The notes below the pieces were generated by a model. It saw nothing but the letters and a program-made list of their open reading frames with translations, was not told where the DNA came from and searched no databases. The translations under genes and the position numbers were made by a program. DNA of 64,000 nt, taken from contig CAYNQC010000002.1 of assembly GCA_964399235.1 (NCBI GenBank), positions 3,224-67,223 on the forward strand, read 5' to 3'. Shown here piece after piece: positions 62,888 through 64,000 of the stretch. Position 1 is the stretch's first letter. Every line of letters begins with the position of its first letter. The stretch comes from an uncultured Candidatus Bathyarchaeia archaeon (lineage in GTDB: Archaea > Thermoproteota > Bathyarchaeia > Bathyarchaeales > Bathycorpusculaceae).

Positions 62888-64000
62888 TACCTTCTCCTGC
62901 TAAGCGTGTCTACCGCTAGCCGTAATTCATGTATCTCTGAGGGGCCAGTCCCCTGCAAGGCTATTTGCCAATAAATCGACGTGACTCCCTTCCCTACCTT
63001 TATCACCCCGTCGCGATAGGAATTCCTGGTTATATCCGTCAACGTGTAATCCCATTCTTGCTTGCGCCCATATCTATCTGACACCAGTTGCAAATTGGTG
63101 ACCCCTTGAGTTCTTCCCTGGACGCTCACATCCTGTACGCGCTTAAGCTTTTCGCTTCCCATATTTGAAAACCCAGTCCTAAGCTCCCAGGTTACTGCCC
63201 CATCGTCATCCTCGACGGAGTCCATTGCGTATAGGCCATCCGGGCCTACTAAGTACAAAGTTCCCCTGTACTCTGCCAGTCCTGAGATAACTGGGGTCAT
63301 GGTGTAGGTGCTAAATGCCCCTGTCTCGGCATTCGTGACAATCAGCACCTGATAGGCGCTATCAGAAATAGAATCGCCCGCAATAACTGAGTCTGACAAT
63401 ACCCCGGCGAGGGTCAATGCCCCGGACAGGGAATCACTAACTGAAATACTATTCGATAAAGCGGGTGTGGCGGATGTAATCGTGCCAGATAGGCTTTTTG
63501 AAACATTCAGCGTATCTGAGAAGCCTGTGCTGTAAACAGAAACTACCCCAGCTAAGGAATCGGTCACTGACAGCGAGTTTGTGGTGCTTGCGATTGCCCC
63601 GGCATCGAGGGATTCGCTGACTGTTACTGTATTAGACAGGCTGGCTATAAAGCGTGCGGATGATGCTATTAGATCATTGAGCGTTACCGTATCAATCAGA
63701 TGACTCGTGAACGTGCTGGCAAGCGATGAAGACAGGCTTATTGTGTCAGTCGATACTCCCTGCACATGGACGCCAGTTGAGTCCGAAAATGATAGGGTAT
63801 CTGCAGCCCTTTGTGCTATCGACAAGGCCCCTCTGATTGCGTCAGAGGCCGTTATTAACTCTACCGTAGTCTTAGTGTCAACCCCGGAAATAGAATCAGA
63901 GAAGGAGACGGACTGTGCGGTTGAGTTGTACCATATTGGGACTGATAGCGGATCATCAATATTGATGGTATCAGCAAAAACTATAGCCTCCCCAACGCTC
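62887..64000 (-). CDS. tail protein with Ser/Asp/Thr-rich periodic repeats, 5'-truncated by window end
   Basis: Track start 63825 is TTG; frame stays open to 64000 and continues the same repeat (..SVSFSDSISGV..). Confidence 0.6.
   Translation of the reverse strand, partial: SVGEAIVFADTINIDDPLSVPIWYNSTAQSVSFSDSISGVDTKTTVELITASDAIRGALSIAQRAADTLSFSDSTGVHVQGVSTDTISLSSSLASTFTSHLIDTVTLNDLIASSARFIASLSNTVTVSESLDAGAIASTTNSLSVTDSLAGVVSVYSTGFSDTLNVSKSLSGTITSATPALSNSISVSDSLSGALTLAGVLSDSVIAGDSISDSAYQVLIVTNAETGAFSTYTMTPVISGLAEYRGTLYLVGPDGLYAMDSVEDDDGAVTWELRTGFSNMGSEKLKRVQDVSVQGRTQGVTNLQLVSDRYGRKQEWDYTLTDITRNSYRDGVIKVGKGVTSIYWQIALQGTGPSEIHELRLAVDTLSRRR

Overview
The window reads as a nearly complete, moderately GC-rich tailed-phage genome. 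No integrase, tRNA, rRNA or CRISPR array was recognised. All calls rest on the ORF track plus motif recognition by eye; no alignments, HMM searches or folding programs were run.

Layout:
- 1-14016 (minus): small structural-type genes, a candidate anti-defence pair (Acb2-like protein and a PRTase-fold protein), a lysis cassette (GH19 endolysin, holin and spanin-like candidates), a ParB/DGQHR protein and a replication module with iterons.
- 14530-14810: Cro-like switch region.
- 14848-21690 (plus): early operon with a PD-(D/E)XK exonuclease, RecT and small ORFs.
- 22072-28286 (minus): early accessory operon (DUF551-like, DUF932-like, a three-member paralog family).
- 30005-57852 (plus): morphogenesis operon with the large terminase, portal, GroES-like protein, scaffold, HK97-type capsid, tail/ejection proteins and a 3668-aa polyvalent virion protein.
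- 58182-64000 (minus): convergent tail genes.

Most unusual observations:
1. About 1.8 kb of phase-locked (GGNNN)n pentamer arrays fill every intergenic gap of the 17-22 kb operon and abut start codons. One inverted copy lies at the 57.9 kb convergent junction.
2. Selfish elements are very dense. The terminase carries two inteins, and the HNH gene of the first intein sits in the +1 frame while the terminase frame stays open.
3. An HNH gene lies antisense inside the giant gene, again with the host frame open. A 92-codon +1-frame ORF with its own ribosome-binding site is also nested in the giant gene.
4. An ORF-less group I intron with recognisable P/Q/R/S core elements splits a small early gene.
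5. A free-standing Endo VII-type homing endonuclease gene follows the capsid gene.
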